64,000 nt of DNA, taken from the NCBI GenBank assembly GCA_951406725.2, contig OX597822.1, positions 110,174,001 to 110,238,000 on the forward strand. The letters are read 5' to 3'. Source of the DNA: Octopus vulgaris. Lineage: Eukaryota. The notes beneath the pieces were generated by a model. It worked only from the letters and a program-made list of their open reading frames with translations, ran no database searches and was not told the origin of the DNA. Positions 1-10,989 of this stretch are shown here, piece after piece (the stretch's first letter is position 1; every line of letters begins with the position of its first letter). A program made the translations under genes and the position numbers.

Positions 1-85
<85 letters not shown>

Positions 86-94
86 TATATATAT
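1..94. repeat. (TA)n microsatellite (representative of dozens of TA/CA tracts in the window)
   Basis: Directly visible dinucleotide run. Confidence 0.98.
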
Positions 95-661
95 AAATGT
101 ATGTATGTGTTTGAGGTGAAAGAGTTGTAGGCATATGACTTGCAACTACAACTTATTGAAGTCAGGAAATTAATTAACTATTTTAATTAATTTCCCTTTC
201 TTGTGTTTTCCTAAATATAAATTTAATTAGATGTTTTTAACGCATCTTCTAGTGAGTTTAGTAAATTCTTTTCCAATCCATTTTATGTTGGAAGTCGTAT
301 GCTGAGAAACAGGAGAAAACACTTCCCCACAAACAACCACCAGGATAATTACACCCCCAACTCTCCCTCACACACACGCAAACAGACGCACACATGTACA
401 CGCACGCACGCACACACACACACAAACACACACTCAAAAAAGGTGATCAAGTATTTACATTGTTAAATTGATAGGAATGAACACTAGGTATGTGACTCCC
501 TATTTGTTGTAACTAAAAACATATAAAATTGAAGTAATTAAAAAACTGTTGAGTCGTACAATGATGGTGTCCCAACATAAATGTTTTATTATGCTAAAAA
601 TCAGAAAATGAATGCGGAAAACCTGTTCCATGGTGTGAAGTCTTATATATATATATATATT

Positions 662-1013
662 ACATGTTTCAGTCATTTTGACTGCGGCCATGCTGGAGCA
701 CCGCCTTTAATCGAGCAACTCGACCCCGGGACTTATTCTTGTAGTTTGCCGAACCGCTAAGTTGCGGGGACATAAACACACCAGCATCGATTGTCAAGCA
801 ATGCTAGGGGGACAAACACAGACACACAAACATACACGCACATACATATATACGACGGGATTCTTTCAGTTTCCGTCTACCAAATCCATACACAAGGCTT
901 TGGTCGGCCCGAGGCTATAGTAGAAGACACTTGCCTAAGCTGCCACGCAGTGGGAATGAACCCGGAACCATGTGGTGTGTAAACAAGCTACTTACCACAC
1001 AGCCACTCCTGCG

Positions 1014-1016
<3 letters not shown>
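662..1016 (-). mobile_element. SINE family A (tRNA-like head, internal TA/TG microsatellite, tail ...GGCGGTGCTCCAGCATGGCCGCAGTCAAATGACTGAAAC)
   Basis: Aligns by eye with about 10 other copies in the window; A-box-like TGGCTGTGTGG and B-box-like GGTTCA.TCC on the minus strand. Confidence 0.9.
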
Positions 1017-1055
<39 letters not shown>

Positions 1056-1058
<3 letters not shown>

Positions 1059-1306
1059 AATGCGCCCTTTTAAAGCCTAGCCAGGCTCATGGGCCCGGTT
1101 TCCCGGTTTCAATGGCGTATGTGTTCCCCAGATGGACGGGACACCAGTCCATCGCAGCGTTACTCATTGTTGCCAGCTGAGTGGACTGGAGCAACGTGAA
1201 ATGAAGTGTTTTGCTCAAGAACACAACGCGTCGCCCGGTCCAGGGATCGAAACCACAATCTTACGATCAAGATGCTAACACTCTAACCACTAAGCCACGC
1301 GCCTCC
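1056..1306 (-). mobile_element. SINE family D (tRNA-like head GGAGGCGCGTGGCTTAGTGGTTAG...GTTTCGATCCC)
   Basis: Near-identical to copy at 15670-15913; A/B-box-like motifs. Confidence 0.88.
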
Positions 1307-1389
1307 ACTGCATATGTATGTGTGTGTGTGTGTGTGTGTATAATAAATTTAAAAGGATGGCTTATTAATAATTAGAATCTAAAGGCAAG

Positions 1390-1747
1390 GTTAACAGAAG
1401 TCACAAAAGTGACAGAGGGTACTGTCTAGCCCTAAAGGTACTTTTGCTAAAGATAAGAGTTTAAATAGCTCAAAAGCTACAAAAGTCTTAATGACTGACA
1501 AAGGAAGGTAAGTCCCCAGCGCACATAGCTGGTCCGCGATTTCTGATTTTAATGTAGGCAGCTAATGTGGATTAAGATGGTTTACATCCAAGTCCGAAAT
1601 CGCGATCCGGCTATGTATACTGAGGACGTACTTCTCTTCGTCAATCATTAAGACTGAGTTTGTGGCTTTTGAGCTATTTTAACCCTCATCTTTAGCAAAA
1701 GCGATGCTAGTCACTACCGTCTGTCATTTTATTGTGACCTCTATTAA
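1390..1747. repeat. Imperfect long inverted repeat (fold-back element)
   Basis: CTTTTGCTAAAGATAAGAGTTTAAATAGCTCAAAAGCTACAAA (from 1441) pairs with TTTGTGGCTTTTGAGCTATTTTAACCCTCATCTTTAGCAAAAG (about 1659-1701); centre about 1570. Confidence 0.85.
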
Positions 1748-1884
1748 TACCTATGTATGTATCTTTCTCTCCCCCCTCTCTCTCTGTATATATATATATA
1801 AAATTAATTAAGGGTAGAAATCAATATTTATCAATTAAAACCAGTGGTCTAGCATATTAAAAAAGAATCCGAAGATTAAATATT

Positions 1885-2090
1885 TATATATACCAATTAA
1901 GGACTGAACACGAAAAAGTGGACAATCAACATGCTAGATATAGACGTCAAATCGCCATTCCCCACAAAAGATTATGTTCTCAAATCAAACTCAAGTTTGA
2001 TTTGAGAACATAATCTTTTGTGGGGAATGGCGATTTGACGTCTATATCTAGCATGTTGATTGTCCACTTTTTCGTGTTCAGTCCTTAATT

Positions 2091-2100
<10 letters not shown>
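1885..2100. repeat. Perfect palindrome, 107-bp arms, 2-nt loop (CA at 1992-1993)
   Basis: 1885-1991 reads as the exact reverse complement of 1994-2100. Confidence 0.95.
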
Positions 2101-2159
<59 letters not shown>

Positions 2160-2160
<1 letters not shown>

Positions 2161-2708
2161 GTGGCTGCCCCATCATTATTGAGTATGGCTATTGCACGAA
2201 GCTTAATCAATGTTGTTATCGTGCAATGCCTGTGCAAGAAGATTTTTTTTAAGTAAGGAAAGGCTGTGCACTGAATCAATCCCACTCACTAAGCAACAGC
2301 AGCTATAATCCGAAAAGAAGAACAAGTCAACATCATCGGTAACCACTGAGCCGCAGGTTTTATGTCGGAGTTATCCCAGTTACCTGAGTTAGCTTCTCCT
2401 AGAAGGATGCCCTAACAAAGGCTAGAAGTCCTTCACTCCCAATGGTTTAACCGTATGATCGGGTATTCAGTCCGATTATTTCTATGTCCTCGATCATGAT
2501 ACAGCCATAAGACATTTATTGGGTGATCGTTGAATCTCAACAGTTCCTCCGCCCTTTGACGGGTTTTGTTTTTCATCCCGCAGGGTGTCCAATAAACACC
2601 CTCCTTACCAATCAAGCTTGGTGGGGTTGCCGGTTTAGTCGCAAACGACCCGACCATGCAACAGGTTGTACTGGGTTACATGTTACCAGTAGCACTCGAA
2701 AGTCACCT

Positions 2709-2710
<2 letters not shown>
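2160..2710. mobile_element. Unclassified GC-richer insert between microsatellites, probably a non-LTR (RTE-like) UTR fragment
   Basis: Compositional island bounded by TA/CA tracts; the class is from recollection only, with no second copy in the window. Confidence 0.3.
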
Positions 2711-2781
<71 letters not shown>

Positions 2782-2808
2782 GCATATATACTTGTATATA
2801 TTTATATT

Positions 2809-2839
<31 letters not shown>

Positions 2840-2846
<7 letters not shown>

Positions 2847-3600
2847 CAAAATGGGACAAGAACGCAAAACATCCGGAAAACTTGGTGATACAAAAAGGCA
2901 CAACAAAACATCAAGATAGACGATACAAAAAAAAAAAAAAGGACGGGCCATTCGAAGCTTTCTATCCTCAGTCAAGAACCGGGTCATCCTTGCAATTTCG
3001 GTTGATTAGTCTTGAGATTGCTCTAATCTGGCCAGCCCTAGGAAAAACTAAGCTAAGAGCATTAGATTCCTTGGAAGAAAGCATAGAATGTGTACGGAAA
3101 AACAGACGATGTTACGCGAATATAAATACAAGATACAATAATATTAATAATACTAATAATAACAGGACATATCAATAGGTGTCTTTCGACTGGGGACGAA
3201 TTGAATTCCGCTGGCACATGTGGAAAGGAAGCCTTACGGCAGAGATACAAAGCTTTCACAAACACAGGAAAGAATATCGATGTAACAGTGGCTACGGTCA
3301 GACGCAAAAAGAGGGCTATAAGTCACGTGAGAAGAGAAGAGAGAGAAAAAAAGGAACAAAAGAATTAAGGAGGGGAAGAGAAGAGATAGCCGCATGAGCA
3401 CATGGACAGAAGAACAAAGGAGGGGCGAGAAAAATGACAGGGTCACAGTGAAGTGAAAAGTGAGTAAGAAAGGCAAAGAAATGTGAGAGAGGGGGAAAGA
3501 AAGAACGAAGAGTGGAATGAACGAATAAGCGTGAAAAGGTTGAAAAAGTCGTACAAAATTTAGTAAAATGTATACTTTCATGTAAGAGAACAAAGTGTAC
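2840..3600 (-). mobile_element. Interspersed repeat, same family as 39985-40790 (Penelope-like terminal region suspected)
   Basis: 2840-3200 is the reverse-complement homologue of 40460-40790 (GGTTCTTGACTGA.GAT.GAA.GCT.CGAATG.CCCGTC...ATGTTTTGCGTTCTTGTCCCA.TTTGTATTTT); both have a CT-rich body. Confidence 0.7.
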
Positions 3601-3619
3601 GTACACCGCTACGTACAGC

Positions 3620-4648
3620 GAATTTCTGGTGTTCCTTTGCCATCACAACATCGAACAAAGTATGAGGAATGCTCGAGACGCTTATCTTCAGGATAAAGCA
3701 AATAGAATAATCCAACGGGTTGAGATCGGGGCTTCTTGACGGTCATACATCCTTGCGGAATTTTTTCTGAATCCAGTGTTGTGTCTGTTTGGAGCTGTGG
3801 GATAGTGCTGAGTCCTGTTGGAGGCTCCAAGGTACACCTTGAAAGTGGCCATTCGCTCATATAAACTGTTTAACTTCCAAAATGTCGCTATTGTATCGCT
3901 GGGTATTAATTTTAACACCCGAAGGCACAAATACGAAGTGAGACCTTTCAGAAGTTGACTGACTGTGGAGTTTGACGAGTCCACCCTCGACGGAGCCAGA
4001 TACACTCCAAAGTCGGTCATTCTGGTGGGTTACTGCCTGTTCAATGTCAAATTTCTTTTCATCAGTGAATACCAGGTTAGACAGCGTGTCTTCAGCAAAC
4101 TAACACAGGATAAGTTGACTTCTCTCTAGTCTCATGGCCTTAGAAACTTGCAGGAGTTCATGACAGCAGGTCATCTTATAAGGGTGGGTCCTGAAAGCCT
4201 CCTTCGGCACTCGATACATTGATGTTCTGCTTACTTTTGCTGTGGCAGCCAGTTTTCTGACGGAACGACAAGGATTTCACCATATCTTATCTTTTCTCTG
4301 GTATTTTTGATAAGCTGAGGGTTCCAAACGCTTCTTTTTCGGCCACGTTCAGCTCGATCAGTAATGGAACCAGTCTTTAAATTTCTCGATAATTTTCCAA
4401 ACTGTTGTTCGATTAATTTTAAGCTTTTTATTGCCATAGTTGTATCACTTTCGCCTCTTTTGTTGAGGGTTATGATTGTATTTCGGTCTAAAGCCATTAT
4501 CTAATTTATGAATCTAAATTTATTTAGTTTGAAATAAAAAGAAATTACACTAAGCGTTTATAGTGATGTATAATTTTCATATCTTATTACATTTATTGAT
4601 AATTATTAAAGCCCAAAACTTCGGTTGCCTTAATTTCGGGACACCCTG
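3620..4648 (-). mobile_element. Decayed Tc1/mariner (maT/DD37D-like) transposon, transposase pseudogene
   Basis: Minus-strand translation across frameshifts: HTH region (MALDRNTIITLNKRGES...GRKRSV), VFTDEKKFDIEQ, FVPSGVKINTQRY, QQDSALSH, RSPDLNPLDYSI; terminus CAGGGTGTCCCGAAATTA at 4648. Confidence 0.88.
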
Positions 4649-4740
4649 TCTGTGTGTGAGTGTGTGTGTGTGTGTGTGAGTGTATGTGTGTGTGCGTGCG
4701 TGCGTGCGTGTGTGTGCGTATAACTATATACATGTATATA

Positions 4741-5600
4741 TACAAAGTATATCATTTTATAAATATAATTATAAAATTATAATAAGGGCAAGTCACATGC
4801 TAGAAAGAGATGCCAAATGACTCTAAACTGCTTTATCTATCACATAGACTCGCGCTGAAAGCGAAGGAGTGAATAAAAAATACTTTTTGAAAAAATTTAG
4901 CCATATATCAATTGCTTTCTGGTTTAGTGATATAATACCACTTTACCATCATCAGTATGACATAACCAAGAGTACATAATTATGAACATTTATACATACC
5001 ATACGAACACAACGTATCCACAGTGCGTATACAAATGTTCAAACTTATATACAACTTAAAATTCTAGTTTGTTCATGTCAGCCACTTGTGAATAACCAAA
5101 ATAATTCAGCAGTGAATAATTTTGGTTTAAGTGAATTCTTATTTATTAACTAAAATCAAGGATAAAATCTATATAGAATTTTATCAAGTAGCTAGCATGT
5201 AAAAACCAATTAAGGTAAAAATTAATACAAAGTATATAATTTTATAAATGTAATTATAAAATTGTAATAAGGGCAACAACCTTTGGTCATATCATACTGA
5301 TAATGGTAAAGTGGCATTACATAACTAAATCAGAAATTGATCGATATATGGCTAAACTTTTTCAAAAAGTCTTTTTTGTTTATTCCCTCGCTTTCAGCGA
5401 GTGTCTATGTGATAGATATAGTAGTTAAGAGTCATTTGGCGTCTTTTTCTAGCATGTGGCATTACTTGGTTGTTGCCCTTATTACAATTTTATATCACAT
5501 TTATAGAATTATATACTTTGTTTAAATTTTTATTTTAATTGGTTTTTACTTGCTATCTACTTGATAAAAACCTATATGGATGTTATCCTTGAATTTTAAT

Positions 5601-5604
<4 letters not shown>
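4741..5604. repeat. Compound fold-back element
   Basis: 4741-4970 pairs with about 5281-5520 and 5152-5280 pairs with about 5470-5600; 4741-4790 is directly repeated at 5227-5276. Confidence 0.85.
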
Positions 5605-5631
<27 letters not shown>

Positions 5632-5634
<3 letters not shown>

Positions 5635-5874
5635 TTTTATTCTTTTATTTGTTTCAGTAATTTGACTGCGGCTATGCTGGAGTACCGCCCCTAATAGAAC
5701 AAATCGATCCCAGGATTTATTCTTTGTAAGCCTAGTGCTTATTCTATTGGTGTCTTTTTGCCGAACTGCTAGTTACGGGGACGTAAACACACCAACATCG
5801 GTTTTTAAGCGACGGTGTGGGGGACAAACACATACACACTAACACACACTCACACGTACACACACACAAACACT

Positions 5875-5906
<32 letters not shown>

Positions 5907-6064
5907 CGACGAAGTTCTTTCAGTTTCCTTCTACCAAATCCACTCATAAGGTTTTGGTCGGTCGAGGCTATAGTAGAAGACACTTCACCAAGGTGCCACG
6001 CAGTGGGACTGAACCCTGGACCATGTGGTTTGTAAGCAAGCTAATTACCAGACAGCCACTCCTG

Positions 6065-6069
<5 letters not shown>
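5632..6069 (-). mobile_element. SINE family A
   Basis: Full-length match to other copies. Confidence 0.9.
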
Positions 6070-6138
<69 letters not shown>

Positions 6139-7012
6139 TTAACAGGCATATGTCGAAATTATCATATGTGACATGCCAACATATAACCTTGAATGCCATA
6201 TTCATAAACTAAATAACAGAAAACTGAATATGGTAAGCGTAAACTCTGAAAATATCGCCCGGAACAGCGTAGGCTCAGGGAGTCGGGAAGGCAATAATGC
6301 TTGGACAGAGGGCGAACTATGAATAAGTAATATGAACATAAGTAATACGAGTAACGTCAGGAACGTGGGAAATACTACTACTAATAATAACATTGAGAAA
6401 AACATAAATGAGAATAATGAAACTTAAAATAGTAATAACAACGATAATAATCACAATAAGAAATAGAAAAACAAATACAGCAAGTGGAACCTGGTTGCAA
6501 ATAATAATATAAAAAATGTAATAGCAGAGATAAGAATGCATGTCCTATAGGGAATGAATGTTTACGTAGACATTGTAATATAAATGTACTGTAAAAATAA
6601 GTGCACGTCTGTCCATATGCATATATAGGTGCAACTACTGACAACTTCAAGAATCGCTGGAAACATCATACTATGAAATTTTCCAATTGCAGCAAGAGGC
6701 AACGCAAATCATCCGTAGACCTCATATAGGCCCTCGAAGGGAAAAAGAAATATGTTAGAGTACTATTTGGTCTGTCTACGAAATGCATTACTAGTATCAA
6801 TACTAGAATGTTTAGATATATGTTATATCCTTGTGCAACAGTGTAATAACAATATGATCGAAGTAAACGACAGGAACCACACGGAACATAACAACAATGT
6901 TTTAAGAGCCAACAATCCAACGCGCTAACTCGAACTGTAAACTTTGAACACACGAACACACGAAAGAAATTTATATATATAAAGAAATATATATATATAT
7001 ATATATAAAGAA

Positions 7013-7044
<32 letters not shown>

Positions 7045-7052
<8 letters not shown>

Positions 7053-7358
7053 ATCACGTAACCGACCAGACCATCAGTTGCTGTTACACATCGCTGGTCA
7101 CAATGCGTTCGCATTGTTTGTTTAGCCTTCGAATGACGCCCACCCCGCTGGCTAAGCGAGCAGGCCAACAGAAGAATGAGAGAGAGAGAAAGAGTCGTGA
7201 AAGAGTACAGCAGGTATCACCTCCTTCCCCTGCCGGAGCCTCGTGGAGCTTTTAGGTGTTTTTCGCTCCAGAAACACTCACAACGCCCGGTCTGGGAATC
7301 GAAACCGCGATCCTACGACCGCGAGTCCGCTAGCCTAACCACTAGGCCATTGCGCCTC

Positions 7359-7359
<1 letters not shown>
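7045..7359 (-). mobile_element. SINE family C (head GGAGGCGCAATGGCC.AGTGGTTAGG, tail ...GGTCGGT.ACGTGATCACGTGAT)
   Basis: Matches 27305-27562 and 54652-54953. Confidence 0.88.
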
Positions 7360-7444
<85 letters not shown>

Positions 7445-7615
7445 GTGAAATATGAATAATCTTGTAGTAGATTAATCAAAAGTTTAACCGATACCTTAGT
7501 AGCAAAAATCACAGCAGTAAAACAGCACGGTTGGAGGTACAACCATATGGTGTTGCAACCGTGCGTTGGTGCGGATAATTGAAATTAGAACAATTCATTC
7601 AATTCACCAATAATG

Positions 7616-7657
<42 letters not shown>

Positions 7658-7659
7658 AA

Positions 7660-7695
<36 letters not shown>

Positions 7696-7772
7696 TCATC
7701 ATCGTTTAACGTTCGAAGGATTATTTACCTAAATTCAGTGGAATACATCCACTGGTTTCCAAAAATAGAAAT

Positions 7773-8130
7773 ATTATTATTCCTAAGTCTCTCTGAAGGA
7801 GACTACGGCAGCGGTATAATCCTTCGAACACAGATGGTCAGCAGCAGCGCCTGCTGGGGTCGGCTGCTCTGCATTGATGAAGGGCAAATACACTGAAACT
7901 AGTCTGCAGATGCCTGACCAGCAAGGGGAAGCGGCTGATCTCCCCTGTTTGAAGGTTATAATGGACACAGGTTCGTGTGTCACATAGCTAGCTAGATGCG
8001 ATGGACTCTTGGAGCTAATCAACGGCAGCTTTCATCCTATATTTATGGAATGCCATATTAGCTTCGCGATAACTATTAATATGCAGTACCGCTGTCGTAG
8101 TCTCCTTTAGAGAGACTTAGAAATAATAAT
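7773..8130. mobile_element. Element with 44-bp terminal inverted repeats ending in (AAT)n
   Basis: 7773-7816 reverse complement vs 8087-8130: 41/44 identical. Confidence 0.75.
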
Positions 8131-8194
8131 AATAATAGTAATAATAATAATAATAATAATAATTATTATTATTATTATAATTATTATTATTACT

Positions 8195-8253
<59 letters not shown>

Positions 8254-8809
8254 TGCACATATATACACCACACCGATCACTTTCATTCTTTTTGTCAACA
8301 TAGCGTTATCCAGCAAAAGAGTTTTAATTCACCCACTCTATAAACAAGTTATAAGATTGCTTTCGAGTGGAGAAGGAAAACATAACAATGAAAATTAAAT
8401 AGCTATGCAGTTGTAGGTGGTTTGTGTAAATAGAAAAAAAAATTATTTTGGGTGTCAAAAGCACGTATTTTACAGCTGTTGATATTTCTGTTAGTATTTT
8501 TCTCTTTACATTCTCCACAGACGTAACTAGCGCCATAGCAAAGACCGTTTGCTCGTTTGCTACATTCATTGAAACTATATTCATTCTTCTTCTGTCAAGA
8601 GATGTAAAACATCCAGACAATTCTTTTAAAGATAAGATTTCTATAACTTCATATTTTTCGTCTGCTTTTACAACATAAAATATACAAAAACAACCCTTGT
8701 AGAAGAAATTTCTTTTGTGCAGCTTACATTTGCTATGTGCAGTGATAAACAAAATAAATATTGTCATAAAATCGAATGTGGTTTGGAATGACAATGAAAA
8801 GAAATGTTA

Positions 8810-9270
8810 GATGTCAAGCTGTATGGTTGGATGGGCATCCAAATTATACCTCGCCTGTTGAGATATAAAACTGTATATATTTCTTTATTGCCCACAAGGA
8901 GCTAAACATAGATAGGACAGACAAAAGGATTAAGTCGATTACATCGACCCCAGTGCGTAACTGGTACTTAATTTATCGACCCCGAAAGGATGAAAGGCAA
9001 AGTCGACCTCGGCGGAATTTGAACTCACAACGTAACGGCAGAGGAAATACGGCTACGCATTTCGCCCAGTGTGCTAACGTTTCTGCCAGCTGAATAGCTG
9101 GATGGGTGCGCCACCCCATGCCCCACCTGCAAGATATGAAACTGTATATTGAGGTGGGCAACCTAACTATACCTTGTTTGCTTGATATCAAGCTGTATAC
9201 AAGAGTGGGCAACCAACAAATAACTGTATAAGTGGATGGGCAACAAAACTATAGTTAACCTGCTGATATC
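8810..9270. repeat. Degenerate minisatellite of about 50 bp (GATAT.AA.CTGTATA...G.TGGGCAACC...), about 5 units, interrupted by SINE-B
   Basis: Units start near 8810, 8862, 9133, 9184 and 9220. Confidence 0.7.
8878..9090 (-). mobile_element. SINE family B, tail type 1 (...GTGGGCAATAAAGAAATA)
   Basis: GCTGGCAGAAACGTTAGCAC head, GAGTTCAAATTCCGCCGAGGTCGAC B-box region; many copies. Confidence 0.9.
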
Positions 9271-10230
9271 TGCTCAAAGCCAATCGCAGCGGTGTGCACT
9301 GAAGAAAACCAACAAGAGTCATCCGTTGTGCTGGTGACGCAAGTGTGAGGATCGAACTGTGTAAAGAGTTCTTCTGAATCTAAATCTGTATCTATGGTTG
9401 ATTTCCTATCGTCGTAATTGTTGCAGAAAAATTCTTCATGTAAGACTAAAACACCCAGGTGATAGATGACTGTTTCCTGTACAAGACAGGTAAACGAAAG
9501 CCATACTTTTGGACAAGAACTTCATACCTACAGGACGAATAGAATGGTGATACTGACATAGTTTATTAACCTAAATGTTATTTATAATTAATTGCTATAT
9601 ATTGTTCCTTATTAGTGACTGTATTTTGCATTACTTAATGATTTATTGTTGACTGCTATATAAATAATAATTAACGATTATAGGTCCATTTACAATTAGT
9701 ATGAAGTAAACCCCCGGAATCATGCAGCTTAAGTCTTTCTATAAATGTCGATCATGTTTTTGGGAAAGGAAAGCTCCAAAGTTTGCAGACTAAAATTCAT
9801 TTCAGCATAAACAGTTCCAAGACACTAACAGCAGCTAAGAAAGACTTTTTATTACTAATTGTTTGGTAGTTGATAGCTCAAGCTGGTTGGATCAGTTAAG
9901 TGTAAAATTATTGGCCGATTTAATGGTCATTTACATTTTGTGTTCAGCGAAGTTGCTGGATTATTAGAAACAGTGACAAGAAAGGCACCGAGTAGCTGCA
10001 GTTGTAATGAAAGATAATAATGAATATTTTATCAGATTTCAAAGTTGAGTTCAATCCATTCTTCCTGTGGCTATACAGAGGGGAGAGTAAGATCACTTTG
10101 GTGTATTCTACAAGCAGAACTTTAAGTCAGTAAAATGACTCAGGAGCTTAAATTTGCTGAAGCGACCATAAAACAGTTAAATGTAAGAATGAAAAAAAAA
10201 GAAATTTATGTTAATATGAATCTATCGTTT

Positions 10231-10452
10231 AAGGCGACGAGCTGGCAGAATCCTTAGCACCCTGGATCAAATGCTTAGTGGTAGTCCATCCGACTTTACG
10301 TTCCGAGTTCAAATCCGCTGAGGTCAACTTTACTATTCATTTTTCATCCTTTCGGGGTCGATAAAATAAGTACCAGTTGAGTAGTGGGGTCGATGTAATC
10401 GACTTACATCCTCCCTCGAAGTACATGGCCTTGTACAAAAATTTGAAATCAG
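10231..10452 (+). mobile_element. SINE family B, tail type 2 (...GGCCTTGT.CAAAAATTTGAAA)
   Basis: Homology to family; flanking direct repeat TATGAATCTAT (10215-10225 / 10453-10463). Confidence 0.85.
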
Positions 10453-10805
10453 TATGAATCTATAATCTGATTTTAATTCCCAGTCGATACATTTTACTTA
10501 ACACTGATAATTACTCTTTGGAAAAGTAAAATAACGCAACTTTCTCTAACCATTCAGAAAATAAAGTTAAAAAAAAGGTTTTGTAAGAAACTGTTATAAG
10601 TGACTCTAATAATATAGTAAGTTGGTAAATGTCTGCCATTCCACAGAACTATGCTGCTCTCAGAAAATCACTAACGATCAAACAACTCTAAAACATTGCA
10701 CGCCCAAATTCACCGACAAACATAAACAATAGACCAACACGCAACAACACACATTCGAAAGCCCCTGACACCAACAAACACGTTTCAGGTGAAATGATGT
10801 AAACA

Positions 10806-10807
<2 letters not shown>

Positions 10808-10839
<32 letters not shown>

Positions 10840-10842
10840 TTA

Positions 10843-10901
<59 letters not shown>

Positions 10902-10989
10902 TTATCATTATTATTATTATTATTATTATTATTTTATCATTATTATTATTATTATTATTTTATCATTATTATTATTATTATTATTATTA
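10808..10989. repeat. (ATT)n microsatellite with periodic TTTATC interruptions
   Basis: Directly visible. Confidence 0.97.

Noticed and set aside
2581-2590. CAGGGTGTCC as the missing TIR of the 3620-4648 transposon
   Set aside because: Only 10 bp match, no TA flank, and it lies inside a different insert.
8324-8794. 156-aa ORF, possibly a piggyBac cysteine-rich tail relic
   Set aside because: No convincing motif; the Cys pattern appears only by mixing frames.
9300-10190. Candidate host exons (AG/GTAAG-bounded segments near 9440, 9490 and 10035-10086)
   Set aside because: Splice-like motifs are common by chance; the peptides are unrecognisable and no consistent gene model emerges.
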